NCBI GenBank assembly: GCA_009711765.1
Contig: VEND01000029.1
Coordinates: forward strand, 4,320-68,319
From: Bacillota bacterium
GTDB lineage: Bacteria > Bacillota > Clostridia > Tissierellales > MES13
Direction of reading: 5' to 3'
Length of the DNA stretch: 64,000 nucleotides
The notes beneath the pieces are model-generated. The model was not told the DNA's origin and did no database searches. It saw only the letters and a program-made list of their open reading frames with translations. Both the position numbers and the translations under genes were made by a program. This document shows, piece after piece, positions 1 through 9,427 of this stretch (its first letter is position 1; every line of letters starts with the position of its first letter).

Positions 1-469
1 AGTAAATCCTAAGGATAAATTTAAACTTAAATCAGTAATTAATCCTGGTATAATATCTTTATGTATTGGTCTAGCTATTTTTATATTTTCACTAAAAATA
101 CCTAAACCAATATATCTTTCTTTAAAAAGTTTAGCAAATACAACAACACCTTTAGCGATGATGGTTGTAGGTGCATTATTAGGTAGTGTTAAGTTAAAAA
201 GTTTATTTAAAGATTTTAAATTATTAACCTTTGTTTTATTAAAGCTTTTATTAATACCTTTGGTATTATTAATAGTATTAAAGTTTTTTATAATACCTGA
301 TATTATAATAGGTATTTTAGTTATAATATTTTCTATGCCTTCGGCGGTTAATGCATCAATATTTTCAAGAAGGTATGATTCAGATTATATTCTAGCATCT
401 AAGGGTGTATTTTTAACAACATTTTTTAGTATAGTAACTATACCTTTAATTATTTATACTTTAATTTAA
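1..469 (+). CDS. AEC (auxin efflux carrier) family transporter, C-terminal part (begins before window)
   Basis: Hydrophobic helices with NPG, TTTPLAMMVVG and SMPSAVNASIFS motifs typical of AEC permeases; frame open from the window edge. Confidence 0.8.
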   Translation, partial: VNPKDKFKLKSVINPGIISLCIGLAIFIFSLKIPKPIYLSLKSLANTTTPLAMMVVGALLGSVKLKSLFKDFKLLTFVLLKLLLIPLVLLIVLKFFIIPDIIIGILVIIFSMPSAVNASIFSRRYDSDYILASKGVFLTTFFSIVTIPLIIYTLI

Positions 470-2133
470 TCTAAATTTTTATTTAAAGACATTGGCATTG
501 TATGTATTGAATCCCTTTGTTTAGCAAATAGTTGATTAAATATAGTATCTCTAGTACTTTCATCTAAGCCTATATATTTAAATGTATAATGGTAATTATT
601 AGAAGTGTCATAGTATTTAGTAATTCTTCCTGGTACGATTATCTTAGAACCATCTTCAAATATAATGATAATATGTTTAAAATCTTTAATATTTTCTAAT
701 CTTTTATTATTAGTATGGAATTGAAGAAAATCTCCACTTAGATATTTAATTTCAACATTATAGGTATTTTTTCTATCCCTTACAATAATTCCATTTATGT
801 TCCATAATAAACCGAAGGTATCATTATAATTATTAAGTTCAATTTCTTTAAAAAAAATAGAGTTACCACTTATTTTATCTAATTTAGTTTTATACTCATA
901 TATTGTATGGTTAATATCTATAAAAATTTCTATTTCAGTTAAAGCTTTATCCTTTAGTAAGTTTTCTATATTTTCTTTATAGGATATGAAGACGTATTTA
1001 TCCTTTTCCTTTCTAAAGGCTCCCTTAAGACTTATGATTTCATCTGCTAAAATTATATTTAAATTAGCTGACATACCAAAGCTATTAATAATCTCTATAT
1101 TTTTATTACCTGAAAGTCTTTTTAATACATTTACTGAAGCATTTACAACTTTAGGATCATAAAGGGTTTCTTTATTTCCTTTTAAATCTATAATACTATC
1201 TATAAAGGATTTAGTTTCTTTATATACTCTTTTAGAAACCATAGCATCAATAGAATCTGCTACCCTTATTATTCTACTTTCAAGGGGGATTTCTTCCTTT
1301 TTTAAACCCTCAGGATATCCAGTACCATCATAATTTTCATGATGATATTTTACTATATCTTCTATATTGATATTATTATCTAATAAACTAGTCAGTTCAT
1401 TAACTATATTATAGCTATATATACTATGTCCTTTTATATATTCAAACTCCTTATCATTATAGTGAGTATTTTTATTTAATATATTATTATTTATAAATAT
1501 TTTACCTACATCATGAAGCATTGAAGCTATTTGAATATTACTAATTTCTTTTTCACTAAGGTTAAGTTCCTTAGCTATAAGTACTGAAAAATAAGCTACA
1601 TTATAGGGATGACTCTCATCATAGGTTTTATTTTCCTCAGCTATTTTAGTTAACAATCCAACTATAATATTAAATATTGATTTAAATTTACTTTCTATAT
1701 ATATCATATTTAAGTCATTAGATATTTTATTAGTTAAATCTAAGTTTTCTAAATCCTTTGTTTTATCCTTAGTTGAACCTAAATATATTCCTCCTATAAT
1801 TCTTTCAAATTCATCATTACCTAAATATAGTGGAATACAAATTTCTTTTTTCATACTATCAATAAAGCAAGTATCATTATTAAAGTTATATAGTTTTTTA
1901 ATATTTTTATTATCGACATTTTTAAGTTTTTCTTTTAAATTAATTAAAATTTCATTCTCAATTTTATTAAGGCGGTTACTATCATTATCACAACCACAGA
2001 TTATTTCTACATTTTTATTTCCATGATTAAAGATAGTAATTATAGCTGTTTCATATTTAAGTTTATTTTTAAGATTATTTAAATTATTTTCAATTACCTT
2101 TATTTTTTCTTGTTTATTAAAATTAAAAAACAT
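466..2133 (-). CDS. HD-GYP domain c-di-GMP phosphodiesterase with N-terminal GAF-like and C-terminal PilZ-like domains
   Basis: LHDVGK, YHHENYDGTGYP and RIIRVADSIDAM motifs; the C-terminal segment (IVPGRIT..YTFKYIGLDESTRDTIFNQLF) resembles a PilZ barrel. Confidence 0.8.
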   Translation of the reverse strand: MFFNFNKQEKIKVIENNLNNLKNKLKYETAIITIFNHGNKNVEIICGCDNDSNRLNKIENEILINLKEKLKNVDNKNIKKLYNFNNDTCFIDSMKKEICIPLYLGNDEFERIIGGIYLGSTKDKTKDLENLDLTNKISNDLNMIYIESKFKSIFNIIVGLLTKIAEENKTYDESHPYNVAYFSVLIAKELNLSEKEISNIQIASMLHDVGKIFINNNILNKNTHYNDKEFEYIKGHSIYSYNIVNELTSLLDNNINIEDIVKYHHENYDGTGYPEGLKKEEIPLESRIIRVADSIDAMVSKRVYKETKSFIDSIIDLKGNKETLYDPKVVNASVNVLKRLSGNKNIEIINSFGMSANLNIILADEIISLKGAFRKEKDKYVFISYKENIENLLKDKALTEIEIFIDINHTIYEYKTKLDKISGNSIFFKEIELNNYNDTFGLLWNINGIIVRDRKNTYNVEIKYLSGDFLQFHTNNKRLENIKDFKHIIIIFEDGSKIIVPGRITKYYDTSNNYHYTFKYIGLDESTRDTIFNQLFAKQRDSIHTMPMSLNKNLD

Positions 2134-2330
2134 AAAAGTCCCCCTTTAAATAAAAAGTCTTATATAAATAATTCTAAAATTACTTTAAAATCCCTTTTAT
2201 TTTTTCAGAATATTAGAAAAATACCATGGAAATTTGTAATATTTTGTAGAAAAAAGAAGGTTTTTATTTTAAACTATAGAAAGGTTTATAATAGGGAAAT
2301 AATACAAATTATTATAAGAGAGGTTTAACT

Positions 2331-4556
2331 ATGGATAAAATGACATTTAATGAGTACATAACAAAAAAATATTATAAAGTTTTCATAGTTACTTTGTTAG
2401 TTACATCTATAATACTTTCTTTAATTTTTTATAATATATATAGGCATAATTATATTAATGAAAAAGAAAGGTTAGAAAGGATTCTTACCTATTTTATTAA
2501 TGATATAAATGATGATTTCTTTGAATTAGAAAGTAAATATAATAACTTTTTAAGATTAGTGTTATTAGACTTTTATAGAAAAAGTAAAGGAAATGAAAAG
2601 ATAAATATCAATGAGTTTATGGGTAAAAATAAAAGATATATAAAAGAGTTAAATAGTCCTTTTAAAGCTAAAGATATATATTATTTCAAAATAAATAAAA
2701 ATGGAGTTATAAATAAAACAGATTATAAAAAAGATAAGGGACTAGATTTATCAAAACATAAAGATCTATGGTCTAGATTAGAAAGTTTACATAAGGGTCA
2801 AGTTTTATTATTACCTATCCAAAATAAGATAGATAGTAATAATGGAATGTTATTTGGATATATAAAACTCTCCGATGGAAATATGTTTGCACTTGGTATA
2901 AGTTTTAAGGGTTTTAAAGAAAGCATACAAAAAAGACTTAAACTTTTAGAAAGGGATACTTATTTAAATGTACAAATATTAGGTCATTTTTTCATTCCTA
3001 TATTTTCAGAAAAAAATCATATTGATAATAATGATAGAGAGTTTTTATTAGAAGCTAAAGATAAGGATAAGCTAATTGTTAGAGATATATCCTTGTTTGT
3101 TAAAAATTATTATAAGGGTTGGTATTCTAGGTATGGTAATCACTATATTAAAGTAACTGTAGAATATTCACTATTGATAAAGTTATTTTTTATAATGTTT
3201 TTTATGGTTTTAGTAATACCTATAATATTAACATTTTATAAAAATAAACTTTTAAATATTATAAACAAAACAATGTTACCTTTAAATAAACTTTCATATG
3301 ATATGGCCTATTATAAAGAAAATAAAAAAAGTAAACTGAGTATTAAAGATACTAATATAGAAGAGATAGATAATATAGCAAGTAATTATAAGGATATGGT
3401 AAAAAAGATAAATGAAAATGAAAAAGAGCTTAAATTAAGTTATAAAAAGCTTGAAAAATCCTATAGTGAAATTAATGAATTAGCTAATAGTTTAGAGAGG
3501 GTAATTAATTTAACATCTAAATTAAGTACTATAAAAATGGAGGATGAAAAAAGTTTTCTTTCTAATTTATTAAAAACAGCTATAAAGATTATACCCCAGG
3601 CTGACTATGGTTCAGTTTATTTATATAAAGATGATAGATTAGAATTCATAAATGCAGAGGGACATGATATTGATTTATTAAATGAAGCTAAAATTCCTTC
3701 TAATACCTTTGATATTAGAAAAAATGAAATAAAAATTATTAGAAATATTGCAAAAAAAGATATAGATAATGTAGATGAAAAAAGTGCTGAATATATAAAA
3801 AGGGGCATTAAGCCAATAGAGGAGAGTATGTTCTTTGCTATATTTGTTGATGGTAAAAAAAGTTGTGGTATAAGTTTAGATATAGCAGAGGGTAAATATG
3901 ATAAATTCAGTGAAAGTTCCATAAGACTTATGAAGGATTTTAAAAATATAATATCAGTTTTTTATAGTTTAAAATCCTATTATAATATGAATGAAAAATA
4001 TCAAAAGGAAATAGTATTATCCTTTACTAATATGTTAGAGATACATGATAAATATACAGAAAATCATTCAAGGGAAGTTGCTGATATAGCTAAAAGATTA
4101 GCTAAGCTTTTAGGACTTAATAAAAAGGATATAAGAGATGCTTACTGGGCAGGTATAGTACATGATATAGGTAAGATATTAATACCTTCATATATATTAA
4201 ATAGTAAGGGGAAATTAACAGATGATGAATTTTTCCTAATAAAAAAACACCCCGTATGGGGATATGAGACACTTAATAATTCAGATAAGTTAAAGGATAT
4301 TTCTGAATATGTATTATATCACCATGAAAGATGGGATGGATTTGGTTATCCCTTAGGACTTAAAAAGGATAATATACCATTAATATCTCAAATATTAGCC
4401 GTAGCAGATACTTGGGATGCTATGCGTTCTAATAGATCCTATAGAGATGCTTTAGCTAAAAACGTAGCAATAAAAGAGATAAAAGAAAATAAAGGCACTC
4501 AATTTTCACCAAGGGTTGTGGATGTATTTTTAGAAAATATAGATTGGTTTAAATAA
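2331..4556 (+). CDS. Membrane-anchored HD-GYP phosphodiesterase (2 TM, HAMP-like, GAF-like, HD-GYP)
   Basis: Two TM segments flank an extracellular domain; TENHS, VHDIGK, HHERWDGFGYP and AVADTWDAMRS motifs. Confidence 0.85.
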   Translation: MDKMTFNEYITKKYYKVFIVTLLVTSIILSLIFYNIYRHNYINEKERLERILTYFINDINDDFFELESKYNNFLRLVLLDFYRKSKGNEKININEFMGKNKRYIKELNSPFKAKDIYYFKINKNGVINKTDYKKDKGLDLSKHKDLWSRLESLHKGQVLLLPIQNKIDSNNGMLFGYIKLSDGNMFALGISFKGFKESIQKRLKLLERDTYLNVQILGHFFIPIFSEKNHIDNNDREFLLEAKDKDKLIVRDISLFVKNYYKGWYSRYGNHYIKVTVEYSLLIKLFFIMFFMVLVIPIILTFYKNKLLNIINKTMLPLNKLSYDMAYYKENKKSKLSIKDTNIEEIDNIASNYKDMVKKINENEKELKLSYKKLEKSYSEINELANSLERVINLTSKLSTIKMEDEKSFLSNLLKTAIKIIPQADYGSVYLYKDDRLEFINAEGHDIDLLNEAKIPSNTFDIRKNEIKIIRNIAKKDIDNVDEKSAEYIKRGIKPIEESMFFAIFVDGKKSCGISLDIAEGKYDKFSESSIRLMKDFKNIISVFYSLKSYYNMNEKYQKEIVLSFTNMLEIHDKYTENHSREVADIAKRLAKLLGLNKKDIRDAYWAGIVHDIGKILIPSYILNSKGKLTDDEFFLIKKHPVWGYETLNNSDKLKDISEYVLYHHERWDGFGYPLGLKKDNIPLISQILAVADTWDAMRSNRSYRDALAKNVAIKEIKENKGTQFSPRVVDVFLENIDWFK

Positions 4557-4590
4557 TAGGGGATAAAAGTTAACTTTTATCCTCTTTTTT
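4557..4590 (+). terminator. Intrinsic terminator after HD-GYP gene
   Basis: GGATAAAAGT-TA-ACTTTTATCC hairpin followed by a T-run. Confidence 0.7.
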
Positions 4591-4610
4591 AATTTAGAGA
4601 GGAGATTATT

Positions 4611-4740
4611 ATGAAAGTATAATAACAGGATTTTAACCCTTTATGAATCTAGATGATATAACTAAGGGACTTAAGGTTAATATTAAAGCAGCTATTAAAT
4701 ATGAAAGGGATATAAAATTCTGGGAGGGAAGCTATACTAA
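4611..4740 (+). pseudogene. pcp: Internally deleted pyroglutamyl-peptidase I remnant
   Basis: AGGAG RBS then ATG AAA GTA..ATA ACA GGA TTT TAA CCC TTT (MKV-ITGF*PF, cf. MKILITGFxPF), fused to MNLDDITKGLKVNIKAAIKYERDIK (Pcp C-terminal helix). Confidence 0.6.
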
Positions 4741-4890
4741 GATCAATGGTAATATAAGGAATGTAGAATTTTGTCAAAATCTCTGGAAAAAAAGGACATT
4801 TTAGTGTATAATTATTAATATACAGAAATTTTTAAATTTTCAATAGGAAAAAAGAACTAAAATACTTTTGTAAAAATATAGTTAATTATA

Positions 4891-4919
4891 TTGAAGTTAT
4901 TATTTTTATTAGCTATAAT
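4891..4919 (+). promoter_or_regulatory. SigmaA promoter upstream of riboswitch/MCP
   Basis: TTGAAG-17 bp-TATAAT about 30 nt before the riboswitch. Confidence 0.7.
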
Positions 4920-4947
4920 GTGTTAGAAAAACTAAATAAAAGAAAAA

Positions 4948-5014
4948 GGCAAACTTGTCGTGAGGCAGGGACGCAAAGCCATGGGTCTAACAGAGTATAG
5001 ATAGCCAGGTTGCC
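4948..5014 (+). ncRNA. Cyclic di-GMP-I (GEMM) riboswitch aptamer
   Basis: GGCAAAC-TTGTC-GTGA-GGCAGG-GACGCAAAGCC-ATGGGTCTAA...GATAGCCAGGTTGCC matches the class I consensus, including the GNRA loop and receptor. Confidence 0.9.
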
Positions 5015-5031
5015 ATATTAAATATTTTATG

Positions 5032-5058
5032 GCACCTATATATTCATAGGTGTTTTTT
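5032..5058 (+). terminator. Riboswitch expression-platform terminator
   Basis: CACCTAT-loop-ATAGGTG followed by TTTTTT, before the MCP RBS. Confidence 0.8.
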
Positions 5059-5133
5059 GCGTACCTAAAAAAGGAGGGAATATCTATAAAAAGAGCTTTC
5101 ATTTAATTTTAATAATTATTAGGGGGTATTAAT

Positions 5134-7137
5134 GTGAAAAAGAAAATGTTTAAAAACAAAGGTATAGCTTTTAAACTAATAATAACTTTTATATTGCTTA
5201 TAAGTATTCCTTTGACGGTACTAGGATTTGCAACTTATAATAAATCAAATGAGATTTTAAAAAAGGATTTAGAAAGTTCAACTGCTGAGTTAAATACTCA
5301 AATAAATAATTCTATTAGAAATTATCTTAAAGGTATAGAACAAAGTGTTGTAATGATGAGTAATGATCCTAATGTAAAGAAAGTTTTTAATGATGAAAAT
5401 GTATCATGGATGTTAAAAAGTTTTAAAAGTTACATAGAAAGTTATGAAGATGTATCAAAGGTTTTTATAGGAACTAAATATGGTGATATGCATATATATC
5501 CTAATAAAACCTATGATAGTAGCTACGATCCAAGACAAAGGGTTTGGTATAAAGAAGCAGTAAAAAAAGATAAACTTATATGGACTAATCCATATGAGTC
5601 AGCATCTACTGGAAAGTTACAGATATCTGCTGCTAAACCAGTATATAATGATGATGGATTTGTTGGAGTTTTAGCTATAACTGTACCTATTGATGTATTG
5701 ACTAAGGAAGTTACTAAAATTACAGTAGGAGATAAAGGTTATATAACTTTATTAGATAGGGAAAATAAAACTATTGCTAGTAAAAATAAAGAACTTATAG
5801 GTAAAGAAATACCTGTAGAAAAATTAGTAAAAGCAGTTAATGAAAAGGATAAAGGTAAAGTTGAGTATAACTGGGTTGAAAATGGTAATGAAGTTAAAAA
5901 GTTTGCAGTATTTGATACTATTGATGGAGTAAATTGGAAAGTAGTAGCTTTTATGCATGAAAGTGAAATTAATAAAGATTCCTCAGCTATTTTAAATAGA
6001 ATAATATTTATTGGTCTTATAGCTTTAATTGTAGCAATAACAGTGGCAGTATTATTTTCAAGAAGCCTAACTAAAAACATAAAAAGGTTGGTAGAAACAA
6101 CTAAAAAGGTTATGGAGGGTGACTTTACAGTTAAATCTGATATTAAAGCAAGTGATGAAATAGGTTTATTATCAGATAGTTTTAATATGATGATAGAAAC
6201 TGTTAGAAACCTTATTAAAAAGAGTAAAAATGTTTCCTTAGAAGTAACTTCATCGGCTCAAAATTTAGCAGCAACCAGTGAAGAAACCACTGCTTCAGCT
6301 GAAGAAATTTCAGGTACGGTTGATGAAATTGCTAATGGAGCTACAGAACAGGCTAATGATTCCCAAGAGGGAGCAAGTCTTGTTAATAATTTAGATGAGA
6401 AATTTAAAAGCTTAGTTAATAATAGTGAAGATATGTTAAATACAGCAATGGAAGTTAAAAAAGTTAATCAAAGTGGTATAGAAGTAGTTAATGGATTAAG
6501 GAAGGAAACAGAATCTAATAATGAAGCAACAAAAAGAATAGAAAATGCTATTTTAGAACTTGATAGTAAATCAAAGGAAATAGGAAATATATTAGAAACT
6601 ATAACATCAATATCAGAGCAAACTAATTTACTTGCATTAAATGCGTCTATTGAAGCTGCAAGAGCAGGGGAACATGGTAAAGGATTTGCAGTTGTTGCTA
6701 ATGAAATAAGGGACCTAGCAGAGGGTTCTAACGAAGCTGCTGAAGAGATTAAAGAAATAGTTTCAGGTATTCAGGATAAAAGTAAAAATACTGTTAATAT
6801 AATGGATGAAGTTAAAGAAAGATCTAATAATCAAACTACAGCAGTTAATAAAGCTAATGAATCATTTAGTGATATATCAAACTCTATAGAAGATATAACA
6901 ACTAAAATAGAATCTATAAGTGATTTTGTAAAGGATATGGATAATGATAAAAATAAAATAGTAGAAGCTATAGAAAATATATCAAGTGTATCCGAGGAAA
7001 CTGCTGCTTCTAGCGAAGAAGTAAGTGCAACAGTACAACAACAAACAAGTGCAGTTGAAGAGGTTTCTAAGGCAGCAGAGAAGCTTAATTCACTATCAGA
7101 AGAACTTAACAAAGAGATAAATAAATTTAGGGTTTAA
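5134..7137 (+). CDS. Methyl-accepting chemotaxis protein with dCache_1 sensor domain
   Basis: TM-Cache ([16 protein letters not shown])-TM-HAMP, then signalling motif [27 protein letters not shown]. Confidence 0.95.
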   Translation: MKKKMFKNKGIAFKLIITFILLISIPLTVLGFATYNKSNEILKKDLESSTAELNTQINNSIRNYLKGIEQSVVMMSNDPNVKKVFNDENVSWMLKSFKSYIESYEDVSKVFIGTKYGDMHIYPNKTYDSSYDPRQRVWYKEAVKKDKLIWTNPYESASTGKLQISAAKPVYNDDGFVGVLAITVPIDVLTKEVTKITVGDKGYITLLDRENKTIASKNKELIGKEIPVEKLVKAVNEKDKGKVEYNWVENGNEVKKFAVFDTIDGVNWKVVAFMHESEINKDSSAILNRIIFIGLIALIVAITVAVLFSRSLTKNIKRLVETTKKVMEGDFTVKSDIKASDEIGLLSDSFNMMIETVRNLIKKSKNVSLEVTSSAQNLAATSEETTASAEEISGTVDEIANGATEQANDSQEGASLVNNLDEKFKSLVNNSEDMLNTAMEVKKVNQSGIEVVNGLRKETESNNEATKRIENAILELDSKSKEIGNILETITSISEQTNLLALNASIEAARAGEHGKGFAVVANEIRDLAEGSNEAAEEIKEIVSGIQDKSKNTVNIMDEVKERSNNQTTAVNKANESFSDISNSIEDITTKIESISDFVKDMDNDKNKIVEAIENISSVSEETAASSEEVSATVQQQTSAVEEVSKAAEKLNSLSEELNKEINKFRV

Positions 7138-7141
7138 TTTT

Positions 7142-7179
7142 AAAAGTGCTTTTAGCTTATATAAGCTAGAAGCATTTTT
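7142..7179 (+). terminator. Intrinsic terminator after MCP
   Basis: AAAAGTGCTTTTAGCTTAT/ATAAGCTAGAAGCATTTTT inverted repeat. Confidence 0.7.
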
Positions 7180-7202
7180 ATTAAAGAAAGTGGGGAAAAT
7201 TA

Positions 7203-7781
7203 ATGAAGATAAATGTATTAGGGAAAGGAGAGCTTAAAAAAATACCTACCCTACCTTTAGTTTTAATATGTGATGATGGCAAAATATTTGAAACTGATAA
7301 AGTTAAAGGTGCTGTAAGTATTTTTACAGGAAGAGATTATATAAAAATAGATAATAAGGATGAAAGATGGTATAAAAGATTATTTGCAGCTAATAATTTA
7401 GTGAAAAAAGAAAAGGAAGAAATTAATATTGAGATATTTGATAAAAGAAAAGGTGTTATAGATAATAACTTTGTCATAGCTCCAAAGGAAAGTAAATATT
7501 TATTAAAAAGTAATACTAACTCTTTAAAATTAAGGATAGATAATGATAAATTATTTCTTTTAAGTTTACTTAAAATGAGAACATTTTCATTACTAGAAAG
7601 GGAAGATAGCTTTATATTTAAACAACAAAAGAAACATAAATTAAATAATAAAGAAAGTTTATGTGTATTTGAAAATAAAGATTCTAGTATTAGATATATA
7701 GATATTTTTTTAGAGTATGATATAGATAAATTATTAAAGATTTATGATAAGGGGTTTAAAGATGTAGTAGGTAATGAATAA
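7203..7781 (+). CDS. Hypothetical protein
   Basis: 192-aa ORF with GGGG RBS; no motif recognised. Confidence 0.55.
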   Translation: MKINVLGKGELKKIPTLPLVLICDDGKIFETDKVKGAVSIFTGRDYIKIDNKDERWYKRLFAANNLVKKEKEEINIEIFDKRKGVIDNNFVIAPKESKYLLKSNTNSLKLRIDNDKLFLLSLLKMRTFSLLEREDSFIFKQQKKHKLNNKESLCVFENKDSSIRYIDIFLEYDIDKLLKIYDKGFKDVVGNE

Positions 7782-7877
7782 AAAATTTATAATAGTTAGT
7801 TAAATGTTTAGATTTTGTGTATAATAATAATATAGATTTTTGCTAGAGCATTTATGAAAAGTGAGGTAATTGATCTT

Positions 7878-7976
7878 ATGGAATTTATAAATGAAAAACA
7901 ACAGAAGGAATTAGAAAATACTATGGATATGATTATAGAAAAAAATAAAAAAGCATTAAAAAAATTAAGTAAATAA
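7878..7976 (+). CDS. 32-aa putative antitoxin peptide (MEFINEKQQKELENTMDMIIEKNKKALKKLSK) upstream of doc; not in ORF track
   Basis: GAGGT RBS; TAATG stop/start overlap with doc; C-terminal helix like those of Doc-neutralising antitoxins. Confidence 0.55.
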   Translation: MEFINEKQQKELENTMDMIIEKNKKALKKLSK

Positions 7977-8179
7977 TGAAAAAGATAAGTTTAGAAGAAC
8001 TAATACTATTTCATAAAAAAATTGTTAAACAAACAGGAGGAAGTTCGGAGATTAGGGATATTACATTGGTTGAAAGTGCCTTAAAAAATGTAGATATGAG
8101 TTTTGGTGGGAAAGATTTATATCCTAGTATTAAAGAAAAAATATCAGTGAGAAATTTTAGTAACTTTTATCCCTTTTAA
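7976..8179 (+). pseudogene. doc: Truncated Fic/Doc (death-on-curing) toxin
   Basis: Typical Doc N-terminus (HKKIVKQTGG..IRD..LVESA..FGGKDLYPSI), but the frame runs into IS sequence before the catalytic HxFxDGNKR motif. Confidence 0.75.
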
Positions 8180-8338
8180 ATTTAGCAATTTATTGATAAA
8201 ATTAGAATGCACTTATTGAATACCTCCTTTGATTTGGTGTCAGCAACTATATTTTAGCAGGTATTTTCGATAAGTGCATTATTTTTTGCAAAAAAACTAA
8301 ACGTTGGAGTTTATCACCCCAACATTTATTATAGAACC
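8144..8338 (-). mobile_element. ISL3-family left-end remnant with first 22 codons of the transposase
   Basis: Minus strand starts GGTTCTATAATAAATGTTGGGGTGATAAACTCCAAC (ISL3-like end), then AAGGAGG RBS and GTG ORF MHSNFINKLLNLKGIKVTKISH* (8212..8144). Confidence 0.65.
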
Positions 8339-8406
8339 TTTTTATTAACTTTTTATACTTTGAGATAATAATGTAAAATATAAATAAAAGAAAAGAGGTG
8401 TTTAAG

Positions 8407-9321
8407 ATGAAAAAAGTAATAATAGATGTGGATACTGGAATAGATGATGCGTTAGCTATCCTCTTAGCAGCTAAAAGTGAAAAATTAGATATATTAGGTA
8501 TAACCACTGTGTCAGGTAATACTAATTTAGATAATGCAACTATAAATACTTTAAAAGTATTAAAATTAATAGATAAATCTATACCAGTATATAAAGGAGC
8601 AAGTAAGCCTTTATTAAGGGATATTAGTTTTAAAAGGGGAGTTCATGGAGAAAATGGTATGGCAGGAGCATTAAAGGATATAGACTATGGAAAGGAAGAA
8701 GATAAACATGCTGTTGATTTTATTATAGATTCATGTTTAAATAATAAAGATATTACTATTATACTTGTAGGACCTATGACTAATATGGCTTTAGCCCTTA
8801 AAAGAAAACCAGAGATAGCTAAAAATATAAAAGAGATAATCACCATGGGTGGAGCCTATAATGGTAAGGGCAATGAATCCTTAGTATCAGAGTTTAATGT
8901 ATATACAGACCCAGAAAGTGCAAAAATAGTTTATAATTCTAATGTATCTGTTAAAATGGTTGGCTTAGATGTTACAAGAAAGGCTATGTTAATGGAGGAT
9001 GATTTAAAAAGATTAAATAAAAATAAGGTTACTAGCTTTGTAAAGAAAGTATCAAATCATTACATAGATAGATACTTTAAAAATACTAATATTAAAGGAT
9101 GTGCATTACACGATCCTTTAGCTGTAGCGATAGCTTTAGATGATTCATTAGTTGAAACTAATGATACTTTCGTTGATGTGGAAATAAAATCTAAGTATTG
9201 TGATGGACTTACCATATGTGATTTTAAAAATACATTAAATAAAAAAGCTAATACTGAAGTTTGTGTTGATGTTGATAGTAAAAGATTTATAGATATGTTT
9301 ATAGATACTTTAAATAAATAA
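8407..9321 (+). CDS. Inosine/uridine-preferring nucleoside hydrolase
   Basis: DVDTGIDDA, GPMTN, SEFNVYTDPESA and LHDP motifs. Confidence 0.93.
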   Translation: MKKVIIDVDTGIDDALAILLAAKSEKLDILGITTVSGNTNLDNATINTLKVLKLIDKSIPVYKGASKPLLRDISFKRGVHGENGMAGALKDIDYGKEEDKHAVDFIIDSCLNNKDITIILVGPMTNMALALKRKPEIAKNIKEIITMGGAYNGKGNESLVSEFNVYTDPESAKIVYNSNVSVKMVGLDVTRKAMLMEDDLKRLNKNKVTSFVKKVSNHYIDRYFKNTNIKGCALHDPLAVAIALDDSLVETNDTFVDVEIKSKYCDGLTICDFKNTLNKKANTEVCVDVDSKRFIDMFIDTLNK

Positions 9322-9335
9322 AATTCACACACATT

Positions 9336-9389
9336 TTATCCACAGAAAATGAAATATAGCGATTAAAAAATATAAAAAAATGTGGATAA
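9336..9389. promoter_or_regulatory. Pair of perfect, oppositely oriented DnaA boxes
   Basis: TTATCCACA at 9336-9344 and TGTGGATAA at 9381-9389. Confidence 0.5.
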
Positions 9390-9396
9390 ATTCATA

Positions 9397-9427
9397 AATA
9401 ATCCCCTAATATTAGGGGATTTATTTA
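9397..9427. terminator. Bidirectional terminator between convergent genes
   Basis: AATCCCCTAAT/ATTAGGGGATT hairpin with A/T flanks. Confidence 0.65.

Noticed and set aside
2110-2328. 72-aa ORF between the divergent HD-GYP genes
   Set aside because: Low-complexity AT-rich translation spanning the promoter region, with no RBS.
8247-8507. 86-aa minus-strand ORF
   Set aside because: Chimera of the antisense nucleoside hydrolase start and the IS end; not a gene.
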